NCBI GenBank assembly: GCA_025594325.1
Contig: JANHCV010000005.1
Span: 310,001 to 374,000, forward strand
Direction: 5' to 3'
Length of the DNA: 64,000 nucleotides
Origin: Blastocladiella emersonii ATCC 22665
Taxonomy: Eukaryota; Fungi; Blastocladiomycota
The position numbers and the translations under genes are program-made. Shown piece after piece: positions 12,460 to 24,313 of this stretch. The notes beneath the pieces were generated by a model. The model had not been told where the DNA came from and ran no database searches. It worked only from the letters and a program-made list of their open reading frames with translations. How positions within the stretch are numbered: position 1 is the first letter of the stretch; each line of letters starts with the position of its first letter.

Positions 12460-15400
12460 CTAAATCTCGCGAAGACTCTTGCTCTCCCGCTGCTCATGCA
12501 ATTCTGGAGCGCGCTTCTGCTCGCGCTTACGCTCGCGATACCGCCTTGAGTACTCTTGGTCGCGCGCCTTCTGCTTCGCCTCCTTGTCGCTCTTGATCTG
12601 GCGGTGCTCTTGCATTTCGTGGCAAAAGAGCTCCGCGACTCGGGGGTGGTTTTGCGCAACGGTTTGTCCGTGAGCGAACGCGCCCTCAGTCAACACGTCT
12701 AGCGCCTGGAGCCGCAAGTCTTCGGCCACGGCCCGCGGATCAGGGACCATGGCGTCGTACACGCTGTCCGGGATCGGATGGAGAACCCACAGAAACGCGC
12801 TCTCGCGGAGCCGCGAGAGCGCAACGTACAGCGACGACCTGTTGATCGATCCAGACGAGCCAGCTGGGCACGGATCCGTCAAGATGATGGCGTTCTTGGT
12901 CACGCCTTGGACCCCGTGCACCGTCATCGCAAAGGCGGGCACGATTGGGAACTGCATGATCTTGACCTTTTCGTGGTCCTTGTACTGCTCGTGAGTATCG
13001 AAGTTCTTGACCATCTTGGCGCACAGTGCGCTGGACTCGGGTGTCTTGAGTTCGGTTCGCTCGCGCGACGTCATACCGCCCTCCTTGTAGAGAAAGTCGT
13101 CCGAGTGCACGGCGAACGGGATGACCGTGTCTGGCCAATCGGCCGGCATGCCAGGAAACCGAGGGCCAGGCGGCGCGTCGGGCAGGTCGACCCACACAGT
13201 ATGTGGCTCCCGCGATGGGCGGTACATGCGCGAGCAGGTCTCGGTAAACGTCGTACCCGGAAACCAGTCGATGTGGTGCACGACGCCGATAGCGCCATTC
13301 GCGCACCCCTTCTCGACGCACTGGTTGACCTTGACGCGCAATTCCATGCCGACAAAGACCTCGAGGATGGTTGGCAAACGAGTGATCGAGTCGGGCTCCT
13401 CGGCGAGACGGAACAGGTCCCTTTCGCCAATCGGGAGGCGGACGGTTGCGCCGTTTCGCTCCTTCTTGCGCGTGATGCTGGCCTTGATCTGAAACACGAC
13501 GCGTTCTGGGACCGCAGCGGCGAGCCGCGTGTACAGCAGGTTGAAGGTGTGACGCGTGTAGTTGTCGGGCGCAATGACCGTGAGCCCGCGCGTCTGGAGG
13601 ATCTCCTTGAGCGCGTTGTTGCCCTGGTCGTCGCTCAGCTGGCGCACGCGAGCGGTCGTGCGCGAGTCGAGCAGGCGGCACAACTCGTCGGGGGCCTTGT
13701 CGAGGCGGAACGCGTCGAGACACCTGCCCCATGATGGGTCGTTGACGAACCGGTTGCTGCGCACGAGTCGAACGACACGTCGGGCGCGCCAGTACGCGAG
13801 CTGGCCCGAGTGCTTTTTTTTTTCGCGCCCGTGGTGTCGTGCGCGAGCAGCCGCTCGAAGAACGAGTCTGGCGCATCGTCGAGCACCTCGGGTAGCTGGA
13901 ACAGCGCCGTGCCGTTCACTGGTGGAAGCTGCAAATGGTCGCCGGCGAGCATGACGATGCAGCCGCCAAACGGCTCGTCGCACCGACGCAGGTCGCGAAG
14001 GCTCGCGTCGACCCGTCCGAGCAGCTGCGTCGCACATGGAGAACTCGTCGATGGTCACGGCGTGACGTCCTTGCCACGCGCTGGCGACAGCCGAGTCGGT
14101 GCGGAGGCGCTTGATGTCGGGGCTGAGAGTCTCCCCCTTGAGCGAGAGCTGGAACGCGGCGTGGATGGTGGTACCGCCAATGTTGGCGGCCGCGATACCC
14201 GTCATGGCCATGACCATCATCATGCACTTTTCGCGGTTCCAGGACGCGAGAAAGTACCGGATCGCGTCAATGACGCGCGACTTGCCCGTGCCGCCCGAGC
14301 CGGTGAGAATGATCGGCGAGCGAGCCTTGCTAATGGGCGGAAGCGAGGCGAGAGCTGGTGCGTTTGGCCGGTCGCGGCCCGACGCGAGGGCGCCTGGATC
14401 CGATGACCCGGCGGCCTCGGCGATACCGCTGTCGCCGCCGATGAACGTGGCGATGAGCGGCATGAGGAAGAGCACGAACGCGCGGTGCTGCTCCTTGTTC
14501 AGGTTGAACTTGAGCGAAACCTGCGCGAGGCTCGCGTACGCGGGCGTGTGCTTGGTGCGCTGCTCCGTCTCCGTCCACTCCTTGCCGCGAGTCGCGTGGT
14601 CAAAGTTGTTGAGCGAGTCCGCAGCCTTCATGACGAGGAACCGCTTGCGCTTCGCTGCAGATTCCGTTGATCTCGCGGCGAAGGTACCGCACCAAACGTC
14701 GGCGGCGGGTACCTCTGGAGCTTCTGGACCGTCCTCAACGGCGTTTTCGGGATCGACGCCGATCTGCGACTCGGCAGCAGCGTCTGACGTGGTTGACGCG
14801 CTGATGAGCGGCGACTGCCCGCCTTGCGGAGCGACAGGAGCGGTTCCAGCAGCGGCCGGCGCTGCAGATACGGCGCTGCGGTGCTGCGCCAGGAATTTTT
14901 TCAGCGTGTTCGCCGAGATGGGCTCCTTGAGCGTCGTCGGTGGGACGGCCGCCTTGACGTCTAACGGGCACTCTGGAGGGAGGCGCAGGTGGTCGACCAG
15001 GTCTGCAGCAGCACCAGGGACCAGCGCGTCGATCACCAGCTTGAAGTTCTGCTCGCTAACGGTGGGCGCGACCTCGGCACCAGCACCGTTTATGGCGTTG
15101 TCGGCAATGACCGTATCGAGGGCAATGTCCTGCTGCAACTGAGTGAACATGGTCCATTCTGCAGTCGGGTCCTCGTTGGCGGTCGCCTTGGCGCGCGAGC
15201 TTGACGCGTTGCGGTCGCCGTCGCGAGATCGAACGAACAGCTCGCCGCGCTCCTCCTGCGGCAGCCTGGACGAGAGCTCGGCGTTCTCGCGATCGCGGCA
15301 CTCACGGTACGCGCGCGCACCGTCGAGACTGAAGTAGTACTCCTGGGCGTACTCGAGGTGGTTGAGCGCAGGGTCGCCGGGTTGGAGGCCCTCCTTGAAC

Positions 15401-15985
15401 GCCTTGAACTTGGCGATCGCCGAGCCATTCTCGTCGAGAATGCCACTCGAGACGCGGAAATGGCGGAGCAGCAGCAGCGCCATGCGCGAGTACTTTTCCT
15501 CAGACCCGGGCACGTCCCCAAAACTTGCGCGGGTCGGGCATGTGCGGGCCGGCGATTTTGGGCACGACCTCGACGATGTTCTTGCGCAGCTCGTGCGTCT
15601 TGGCCAGCGGGTGGTCGGCCATAAAGGACAGCCTCGTGCCGGGCGGCATGTCGGCAGCTGGTCCGAGTTCTGCTTGCGCGGGCACGACGCGCCCGCCGTT
15701 GGCAAGGACCTCGCGCATTTTCGGCGGCATGTTGACGCGCGACCACGAGGAGATGAACTCGTACCACGACAGGTTCTCGAGCTCGGGCGGGCGGAACACG
15801 TGGTCGTGCAGCGCGACGTTGAGCATCGGCTTGCCGTCGACGCTGATGGTGCTCGCGATGCACTCGACATCCTGCTCGGTCACTTCGCCAGCAGCGACGC
15901 CCACGAGGTCGAGCCACAGCATCGCCTGGTACAGCAGCAGCGGCGCGAACTTGTGCGAGAAGATCCCGGCGGCCGCCGTGTGACT
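12460..15985 (-). pseudogene. Helitron-type Pif1 helicase, frameshifted at about 15530, 14020 and 13820
   Basis: Helitron linker motifs SHKFAPL and HVFRPPELENLSWYEF. Helicase motifs ILTGSGGTGKS, AMTGIAAANIGGTTIH, IDEFSM, AGDHLQLPPV, KGCANGAIG, QFPIVPAFAMTVHGVQG, LYVALSR are spread over several frames. Confidence 0.85.
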
Positions 15986-15994
15986 TCATTGCGC

Positions 15995-16927
15995 ATGTGC
16001 AGCCGCAGCAGCAGCAGCAGATCATCACGCCGGCGCCGCCGCCTTCGGCGCCCACGGACCGCCATGCCCCCGCCGGCCTCGCACTTCAACCCGCCCTCCA
16101 CCCCCCTCTTCCTCGTCGTCGGCGCCCGCCTCTTCGTCGACGCCCGCCGTCCCGCCGCAGCAGCAGCCGTCGACGGCCGCGTCCTTCAACCCGCCGTCGA
16201 CCCCCTCTTCGTGGTCGGCGCCCGCCGTCCCGCCGCCGGCCCACCATCACCATCACGGTGGTCGTCGTCGGCGCCCGCTCTGCCGCCGCCGGCGCACCAT
16301 CACGGCGGTCCCGCGGGCCGCAGCAACCGGTACGGCGCCCGCCTGCAGGAGTGCATCCCGCCGACCCCAGCCACGCAGGTGTCGGGGCTGACGCTATCCT
16401 CGCCCGTGCGCCAGCCGCGGGTCGTGTTTGACGTGTCCTACGAGGAGGGCGACTCGGACCCCGAGTTCACGACGCGCATGGCGGGGATCCTGCGCGAGCT
16501 CAACGACGGCGTCGCCTCGTCGTCCTCCTCGACGACGGCCGTGCAGACCGCCGCACCGCAGATCACCAACGCGTCGTCGTCGTCCTCGACCGCCGTGCAG
16601 CCCGCCGTTTCGCGGGTCGACGCGACCGTCGCCTCGTCGTCGTCGACCTCGACGCTCTCGACCGCCGTACAGCCCGCCGGGCCGCCGGTCGGCTCGTCGG
16701 CCGCGTCGTCGTCGTCGTCGACTTCGAGTGCGACAGTCGCGCTCGCGGCGCCCATCATCGAGGAGGCGGGCACGACGGATCGCGAGGTCGCGTCGGCCAC
16801 GGCCGTTCCCGCTGACGCGCCCAAGCGCACGGCCGCCATGGCCGCCGAGGAGGGCGGTGACGACGACGAGGACGAGTTTGAGGCGGTCCCCAAGCGCCGC
16901 CGCCGCCGCCGCGGCGGCCGCAGTTAA
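15995..16927 (+). CDS. Low-complexity opposite-strand ORF inside element 1, with an acidic and basic NLS-like C-terminus (probably frameshifted)
   Basis: Ends APKRTAAMAAEEGGDDDEDEFEAVPKRRRRRRGGRS*, similar to the end of the matching ORF in element 2. Confidence 0.4.
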   Translation: MCSRSSSSRSSRRRRRLRRPRTAMPPPASHFNPPSTPLFLVVGARLFVDARRPAAAAAVDGRVLQPAVDPLFVVGARRPAAGPPSPSRWSSSAPALPPPAHHHGGPAGRSNRYGARLQECIPPTPATQVSGLTLSSPVRQPRVVFDVSYEEGDSDPEFTTRMAGILRELNDGVASSSSSTTAVQTAAPQITNASSSSSTAVQPAVSRVDATVASSSSTSTLSTAVQPAGPPVGSSAASSSSSTSSATVALAAPIIEEAGTTDREVASATAVPADAPKRTAAMAAEEGGDDDEDEFEAVPKRRRRRRGGRS

Positions 16928-17409
16928 CTGAACGACGTCGTGTTCCTCTCTCCACTTCCTCCGTTTCCCTCTTTTGTTGTTGATGTCCTCTCATTCACAA
17001 TATTTGTTTTTTTTTTGTTACTATCGCGATTGACTGCAGGCGAGAGAGCTTGGTGGTGGGAGACTCGGACGCGTTGGTTATATCCCGTGAAACGCGTGAA
17101 ACACGTGCGTGACGCACGTGGGCCAGGGAGACACGTCAGATCCCAAGGGCGCGCGTCGGCTAGGCAAAAATAGAGGGCTTTAGCCCTCGACTTTTACGTG
17201 TTCGCGGCACCGAGTCATCAAAAGATTATACTTGAGGCACCTAAACGCTTCGCGTTTGGTTTTCAATCGAGGGCTAAAGCCCCCGCCACGTATGGTACAC
17301 GACTGGTGGAGGTGCTGTCGCGTGCGTCCCGCACAGGAGATTTAGGTGATCGAGCTATGGAAATCGTGCTATTGATGGATTGGATGATGGAATACACTAC
17401 GTTAATACT

Positions 17410-20160
17410 CTACTGTGTTTTCTGTTTCTTGGCGTTCTGTGAGCCGTCCTCGCCTCCAGCACGTTTCGTGGCCAATCGCCGAAACCTTGCGTTGAGAGCA
17501 TCTGACGCGCGCTTGGCGACTAGCTTCTCAGCCGCGTGCTGGCGCGAGAAGAGAATCGCGTCGTCGAAGAGCTTGGCGATGCGCGGGTCGCCTGGTGCGA
17601 TGGCTGTACCTTGATCGAAAGCGGTCTCGGTCAGCTCGTCGAGCATCTGGAGCCGCTTGTCCTTGGCCACTGCGAGTGGATCCGGCTTCAAGGACTTGAG
17701 CACGGCTCTTGGGATCGGCTGAAGCACCCACAGGTACTTTGAGCGACGAAGCCGCGATAACGCCACGTACAGGGAAGCGCCGCTGATGAAACGCTCGATG
17801 CCCGCGGGACGCGGATCTGCCAGGGCGATGGCGTTCTTGGTCACGCCTTGAACCCCGTGGACCGTCATGGCGAAGGCTGGCACCATCGGGTACTGCTCGA
17901 TGTGCGCGACGACATGATTAGGATACATGCTCCTGTTGGTTTTGGTGTTGTTGACACAGAGCGGGAGCGAATCCCCCGTTGTGCTGACGACCCGCTCTCG
18001 CGACGTGGAACCGCCCGCCATGTACAGGAAGTCCTTCTTCTCCACGGCAAGCGGGATGACCGTGTCAGGCCACGCGGCCGGCATACCCGGGAAGCGAGGG
18101 CCACGAGGAGCGTCGGGCATGTCGATCCATACGTTGAGTGGAGCGCAGGATGGCCGGTACATGTTGGACGCGGTTCGCGTGAACGTGGTCTCGGGCTTCC
18201 AGTCGATGTGGTGCACGACGCCAACCGCACCGTTCGCGCACCCCTTTGCTACGCACTGGTTGGTCTTGACGCGCATCTCCATTCCGACGAAGAGCTCGAG
18301 GATGACCGGCAGTTCAGTCGTGGTTTCTGGCTCTCCTCCGAGGCGGAACACGTCCTTGTCGCAGATGGCGACGCGTTCACGCGTGCGACGCCTATCACGC
18401 GGCCGCGTGATGTTGCCCTTGATCTGGAACACGATGCGGTTCGGGTTTGCTGCTGCAAGCCGCGTGTAGAGCAGGTTGAAGGCGTGGCGCGTGTGTGGTT
18501 GTCGGGCGCGATATCCGTGAGTCCGGGCTTCTTGAGGATCTCCTTGAGGACGTTGTTGCCGTTTTCGTCGACCTGCTGCTGAAGCTGAGTGTTCGTACGC
18601 GAGTTGATCAGGTCGCACAGCGTGTCCGACGCCTCGACGAGGCGGAGCGCGTCCACTTCGTTGCCCCATGGTGGATCGTCGACAAATCGGTTGCTCTTCA
18701 CGAGACGAACAGCGCGTGTAGTGCGCCAGTACGCGACCTGGCCTCGATCCACGTGCTCGGGGACCGTCAATTGATTTGACGTCATGCGCAGGTAGAACGA
18801 GTCCGGCGCGTCGTTGAGCACGGCGGGCACCTTGTACAGGGCATTTCCGTTGACGGGAGGCAGCTGTAAATGATCGCCAGCGAGCATGACGATGCACCCG
18901 CCGAATGGTTCGTCGCACCGCCGCAGAAGGCGCAGGTTCGCGTCGATACGGCCGAGTAAAGTCGCGTCGCACCTGGAGAAGTCGTCGATGACGACGCCGA
19001 GACGCCCTTTCCACGCGATGGCAACCGCAGGATTGGTACGTAAACGGGCCACGTCGGGGCTGTTTTCTTTTGGCCTTGGCGAAAAAGAGAACGCGGCGTG
19101 GATGGTCGTAACGCCAATGTTGGCGGCCGCGATCCCGGTCATGGCCATGACCATGAGGCACTTTTCCCGGTTCCAGGACGCGAGAAAGTATCGGATTGCA
19201 TCGACGACGCGCGACTTGCCTATGCCGCCCGAGCCGGTGAGGATAATCGGCGTCCGGTCCTTGCTCATGGGCGGGAGGGCCGTGGTGCGGAGTGCATGTT
19301 GGACGTCGTCGCGGCCCAACATGATCACGCTCTGCTCGGCCGAGGCCGCAGCGTCTGCGATACCCGCGTTGCCGCCGATGAAGGTGTCGATGAGCGGCAT
19401 GAGGAAGAGCACGAACGCGCGGCGCTGCTCTTCTTTGAGGTTGAACTTGAGCGAGACCTGCGCGAGGCTCGCGTACGCGGGCCTGTGCACAGTGCGCTGC
19501 TTCTCGTCGCTCCACTCGTCGCCGCGTGTGTCGTAGGCAAAGTTGCTGATCGAGTCCGCGGCCTTGGTGACGAGGAACCGCGCGCGCGCGTCAGGATCCG
19601 TTGGCGTGGTCGTGAAGGCGCTGCGCCAAACGTCGACGGCTGGTCCGAGTTCTGGTTCGGGCACGTCGACGGCCATTTCCGGGTCGATACCATGCTGAGA
19701 TGTGTTTGTCGAGGCTCCAGATGGCACTGCGGGAACAATACCGATCATGGATGGCTGCCCGGGCCCGGGAACGACAGGTACGGCGCCGACATCCGCGGTC
19801 GGATGACCTTGAGCCGCGGCAGCGCATAGTTGAGCCATGATTTTCTTGACGTCAGTCGGCGAGATGGGCGTCTCGAGGTACGGCGGCGGCGGCGCGGCGT
19901 TGACATCGAACGGCTGCACCTCGGGGAAGAGCAGGGTACCCATCATGCCGTCGCCCATTCTAGGTATCAGCGTAGAGGTCACGCTCTCGATGCGCTCGAG
20001 GTTCGCCTCGGTTTCGCCGTCGTTGGCCAGGATGCGCTCCACGTCCGAGTTGACGATAGTCGGGTCGAGAACAATGTCGTTCTCCAACTGACCAACGACG
20101 CCAAGCACGGGTCCGGCTCGCGCGACGCTGACGGCGCCGCCGCGGCCGCGGTTCCTCTGC
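17410..20160 (-). pseudogene. Helitron-type Pif1 helicase, 5'-truncated, with a +2 frameshift at about 18490
   Basis: GSGGIGKS, VIDDFSRCD (degenerate Walker A/B), AGDHLQLPPV, QYPMVPAFAMTVHGVQG, LYVALSR. An extra CA in a CA run splits ORFs 18249-20336 and 17410-19515. Confidence 0.85.
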
Positions 20161-20163
20161 GAC

Positions 20164-20987
20164 GTGAACGCGTCGGACTCGTCAGAATCCGACGACGACC
20201 CGGGCTTCCCCGGCGACGAGGCCTTCACCTCGGCAGGCGTGCCGCGCACGATGAAGGGCATGCGGGCCGAGCTTAACGAGGCCACGGAGGTGTACCACGA
20301 GTGCATGCGCGACGGCCGCGAGAACTTTGTCAACAACCTCGCCGCGCACCAGGCCGCCCGCGCCGCGGCAAACGGCGTGGCATCGGGCGCCGCTGGTCAC
20401 GGTGTGCAGCAGGTCGCCGCCTCGATAGCCGCGGAACCCGCGGCGCAGCAGCTCACGATCCAGCAGCCCGTCGACATCTCGGCCGTCGTCGTCTCGCCCG
20501 CCGCGGCGCCCGTGACGCAGGAGCACGCGATCCAGCCGCCCGCTGTCGTGTCGCCCGCCATCAACTCGCCCGCCATCAACTCGCCCGCCAACACCAAGAA
20601 CGCCGGCGGCAAGAACACTGGCACCAAGAAGTACGGCGGCTTCCCGAGCTGCGCGAATCCCATTTGGACGCACTCGTTCATCGCGATCGGCAGCATCGAC
20701 AAGATCGTCGTGGGGGTGCCGGACTCAAACTCCGTGTCGTCGGGTGCGACATGGACGACGCGGCCGCAGCTGCGGCTCCGACAACCGCGGCGCTCGCGGC
20801 GTGCACGCCCGCCGCCATCGGTGACGACCAAGCCGGTGTCCCGACGTCTACCGCCAACGCGACGAAGCGCACGGCGGCGACCGCCGCCGCGGCCGCCGAG
20901 GAGGAGCACGAGGAGTGCGTCGTCAACGACGAGCACGAGGCGCAGCCCAAGCGGCGCCGCAGCGGCCGCCTGTCCTCGTCGACCTGA
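20164..20987 (+). CDS. Opposite-strand ORF inside element 2 (frameshift at about 20760), with an NLS-like C-terminus
   Basis: Ends ATKRTAATAAAAAEEEHEECVVNDEHEAQPKRRRSGRLSSST*. Contains a 15-bp tandem repeat encoding PAINS. Confidence 0.4.
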
Positions 20988-21574
20988 TGCACTCGCTCCC
21001 GCTCCGACTCTGTTCATTCCCCTCGCGCAGACTCGCGCAGACTCTTGTTTCCTCCCGCACAAAGATATACTTTTCGTTCTCCTACGTTCACATCGCTCCG
21101 ATCCTCTTGAACTCAGAAGCTCGCGAAGGCACGCGAGTCGGTGCAACGCGCTCCGCTCGCCCTTGAGTGGTTGGCGCCGCGCGGCGCTTCCGCGGGTTGG
21201 GCCGAGGCCGATCACGTGCAAGGCCAGGACGCGTTGCGCCACAGCAGTCACATGAGAAACGACGCGTCTGTCACGCGTTTTCGGGTCGCTCACGTGGATG
21301 GCGCTCACGTGAGCGTCGGCACCCTATCCGGCAGCGACCCGGTCTAGAAAGAAGGCTTTAGCCCTCGATTCAGACGCGTTACCGTTTCGGCAAAGGCTGA
21401 AATGAAAAATCGCGTCAGAACTTCGCGAACTGTGACCCGACTTACGCGGTCCATTTCAGGGTTAGAAGCGCGCAGTGGAAAATGGAAGGAGTATTGTAAG
21501 CAAATTTGCGAAGCAGTCTTGGCAGGTTCTGAAAGTCGTCACGAGCGCCCAGCTGCGTGAAATGCAATGCATAC

Positions 21575-22367
21575 ACGGTCCCGCAGACGGCGCGCACGGC
21601 GACGAGCTCGACATCAAGTACTCGGTGCGCGCGCCATGGACCTGGCCAGCGAGCACGGCCACGTCCACGTTCTGGACTGGTGGTTCGCGCGCTTCCCGCC
21701 GGGTGAGCTCAAGTTCACCAAGGACGCGCTCCGTTTTGCGAGCAAAAAAGGGCACCTCGCTGTGCTCGACTGGTGGTACTCGCACCGCGACTCGCTCGCG
21801 CTCACGTACAACAACCGCACCATCGACGCGGCGAGCGCCGAGGGCCGCGTGGCCGTGCTCGACTGGTGGCTGGCGCGGCGCCGCGAGCTCAAGCCCGAGT
21901 ACTCGAACTACGCCATCAACGAGGCCAGCATCCGCGGGTGCATCGCGTCGCTCGACTGGTGGTTCGCGCACCGCGGCGCGCTGCGGCCAAGGTACACGAC
22001 GGCCGCGCTCGACGAGGCGTGTACCCGCGGGATCGCGCGGTCGGTCGAGTGGTGGTTCGCACACCGCGATAAGCTGCCGCTCAAGTACACGGCGTTCGCC
22101 ATGGACAACGCGAGCAGACGCGGGCACGTCGCAGTTCTCGAGATCTGGCTCAAGCACCGCGACGCCGTCGAGCTCAAGTACTCGCAGCAGGCCATGAACG
22201 ACGCTGCGGCGCGCGGGCACGTCAACCTGCTCGAGTGGTGGCGCGCGTCCGGGTTGCCGCTCAAGTTCTCGCCGGCCGGGATGCAGGAGACTCGCGTCAA
22301 CGCGGTGCGCGAGTGGTACGCGCAGCACGAGGCCGAGTTGCTTGCCCGACGTGTCGATACGGAATAG
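21575..22367 (+). pseudogene. 5'-truncated ankyrin-like repeat protein with about 7 repeats of ~31 aa, each carrying a W-W motif
   Basis: Repeats of A(M/I)DxASxxGH(V/L)xVL(D/E)WW...L(K/P)Y. Frameshift at about 21630 and no recognisable start. Confidence 0.75.
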
Positions 22368-22521
22368 ATGTCATGGCCTGCCTGTCTCATTGGTCCTTGA
22401 CAGCTTTTGTGGGGGGAGTGTGAGCTTGCACGCGTCGCGCCACTCACGTGAGTTTAAGCCACTTGCAAGATCGAAAAACAGCGAACAATTCGCAAATATA
22501 TTGGCTGCACAGAAGTACAGT

Positions 22522-24313
22522 TCAATCATCGTCTTGCTCACTACCTTCGCCATCACTACCTTCCCCATCACTACCTTCACCATCGAATCCGTCGAGATCC
22601 TCGATTAACTCGTCTGGGAAGACCAGCCCTGCCCGAAGCTCGTCCGATGCAGCACTGTGAAGTGCGATTGCGCCATCAATTTCGATATCCGTGTCGTTCA
22701 TTTCAAGGCTGATGAGGCATGGCGGGAGATGTGCAGCGAGCAGAATCGCGCCCTCGTCACCAATGTGGTTGCCCTCCAAGCTCAAGTACTTGAGGGTCTT
22801 CGGAAGCACAGGGACGAAAATGGGCATCACATCGTTGGAAAGGTCCATGTCGCCAAGCTCCAGCGATTCAAGGTGTGAAGGCATCCGCGTTGCCAGCACT
22901 TGGACAACATCAAGCTCGACCACGTTGTTGGAAAGCGCCAGCGACTTCAGGCTTGACGACAAGCGGACCAAGTAGTGCTCCAGGTGACTAGCGCAGAGAT
23001 GTGTACCTGCAAGTTTGAGCGACGTGAGAGTGGCAGGCAGTACACTCGAGAGGTTGTGGTGCGCCGGTCCAAGCTTGGCGCCAGCGAGTGAGATACTTTC
23101 GAGGTTTCCGCAGTTGCGCTGAAGCGCACCAAGAAGGGCACGAATAGCTGCAGGTGTGGTCAAGGAACAGTCCAAACAAAGCCGAGTCAAAGTTTCAGGC
23201 AGGGTCCAGCATGGCTCAATATTGTTGCTGATTTCGCCTAGTTTGTTTGCGCTGACATCAAGGTACTCGAGCTGTTGAGGAAGGAGCGAAGAAATCACCT
23301 CGAAGCCGCTGCCAGTCAGCGCGGTGTGGCTGATTCGAAGGGACGTGATGCCCGGCGGAAGCGCGCGAAGGATTAGCGCCAGGCCCGCATCGCCAAGGTT
23401 GCAGGCAGACAGGTCGAGTGATCGAAGCGTCGCTGGAAGTGGGGCAAGGAGGGCAGCCATAGCACGGGCAGAAGTTGTGCTGCGGAGCATGACAAGCGTT
23501 TCCAGCTGCGGAGGCCAAGTCCAAGCATCGAAAGCGCCACTCGGCATCACCTTTTGGAACCAGTAGCCGCAGAGCTCGATCGCCTTAAGCGTGTCGGGGA
23601 GTCGAAGCGCGAGCAGCCGCTGCATGTCGAAGACACAATAGTTGATTTTTAGCTTGGCAAGTTGGCAGCTCGAACTCGCAAACGCGTCATTTAGCGCGGC
23701 AAGCCCATCCATGGTAATAAGCTCCTCCTGGATGAAGAGGGACTTGAGTAGGCCATTCGAGATGCCGTTGGCTCTGGCATGGATGGTAGCGTTCGAGACG
23801 GGCGGGGCTCCGTACTCCTACAGAGCCGGCGAACTATGAGTTGATGTGCACAGGTAGTTGAAGCTCGGAATTAATACGAACGATCGCGCAGAAATCTTTG
23901 GGGTTGCGTTTGGGATAGCCGACGCCGAGCGCTGGACAAGCGTAGGAATTCAGTTTAATATCCAGAGGAACTCGAATGTTGCTGGTGCGAAACCATTCCA
24001 AGGCGGCAAGTTGACGAGACTTGACTGCAGTTTCGACTGCATCGCTCGTGAATTTGAGCGACAGGCCGAGTTGACGCCGCTTCTCAAGAACGAGAATGCG
24101 GCCATGGGCCAAGGCGCTGTTGACAGAAAGGCTCGGGGCAACTCCAAAGATGGTACGACTCACGGAGGGGATCTCATGCTCGCGCATAACACGCGAGTAC
24201 TGCGCAAGGCCCAAGATGTCGTCGGGGTCGCCGTGAAGGAGGACGGCCTCGACCAGGATGGCCTCGATGATAAAGTGGATGCCCAACCACAGTGTGTGTT
24301 TCATAAGCTTCAT
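22522..24313 (-). CDS. Ankyrin-like N-domain + RNI-like LRR protein, paralog 1 (intact); exons 23924-24313 and 22522-23817
   Basis: LxxLxLSxNxLGxxG repeats (LRSLDLSACNLGDAG, LKYLSLEGNHIGDEGA). Phase-0 intron after ALG is shared with the paralogs. Acidic tail encoded by a 15-bp x3 repeat (DGEGS). Confidence 0.8.

Larger units (their letters stand above)
12252..17190 (-). mobile_element. Helitron2/Helentron-like element copy 1 (internally deleted, no Rep domain visible)
   Basis: 18-bp inverted repeats TCGAGGGCTAAAGCCCTC at 12295-12312 and 17173-17190. Hairpin AGACGC-TTC-GCGTCT (12271-12285) lies outside the 3' repeat. Encodes a Pif1-type helicase. Confidence 0.75.
17224..21370 (-). mobile_element. 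Helitron2/Helentron-like element copy 2, in tandem with copy 1
   Basis: 17-bp inverted repeats AATCGAGGGCTAAAGCC at 17265-17281 and 21354-21370. Hairpin AAACGC-TTC-GCGTTT (17243-17257). Encodes a paralogous helicase. Confidence 0.75.

Noticed and set aside
13814-13823. A10 run (minus strand) as a programmed -1 frameshift in the copy 1 helicase
   Set aside because: The same ORF has two other frameshifts and copy 2 has no shift here, so decay or a homopolymer sequencing error is simpler.
12252-21370. Cut-and-paste DDE transposon or viral/Polinton remnant, given the inverted repeats
   Set aside because: No DDE transposase, protein-primed polymerase, capsid or target-site duplication was seen. 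The Helitron linker motifs and the 3' hairpin favour Helitron2/Helentron.
22530-22580. 15-bp x3 tandem repeat
   Set aside because: It encodes the DGEGS acidic tail of LRR paralog 1 and has no independent function evident.
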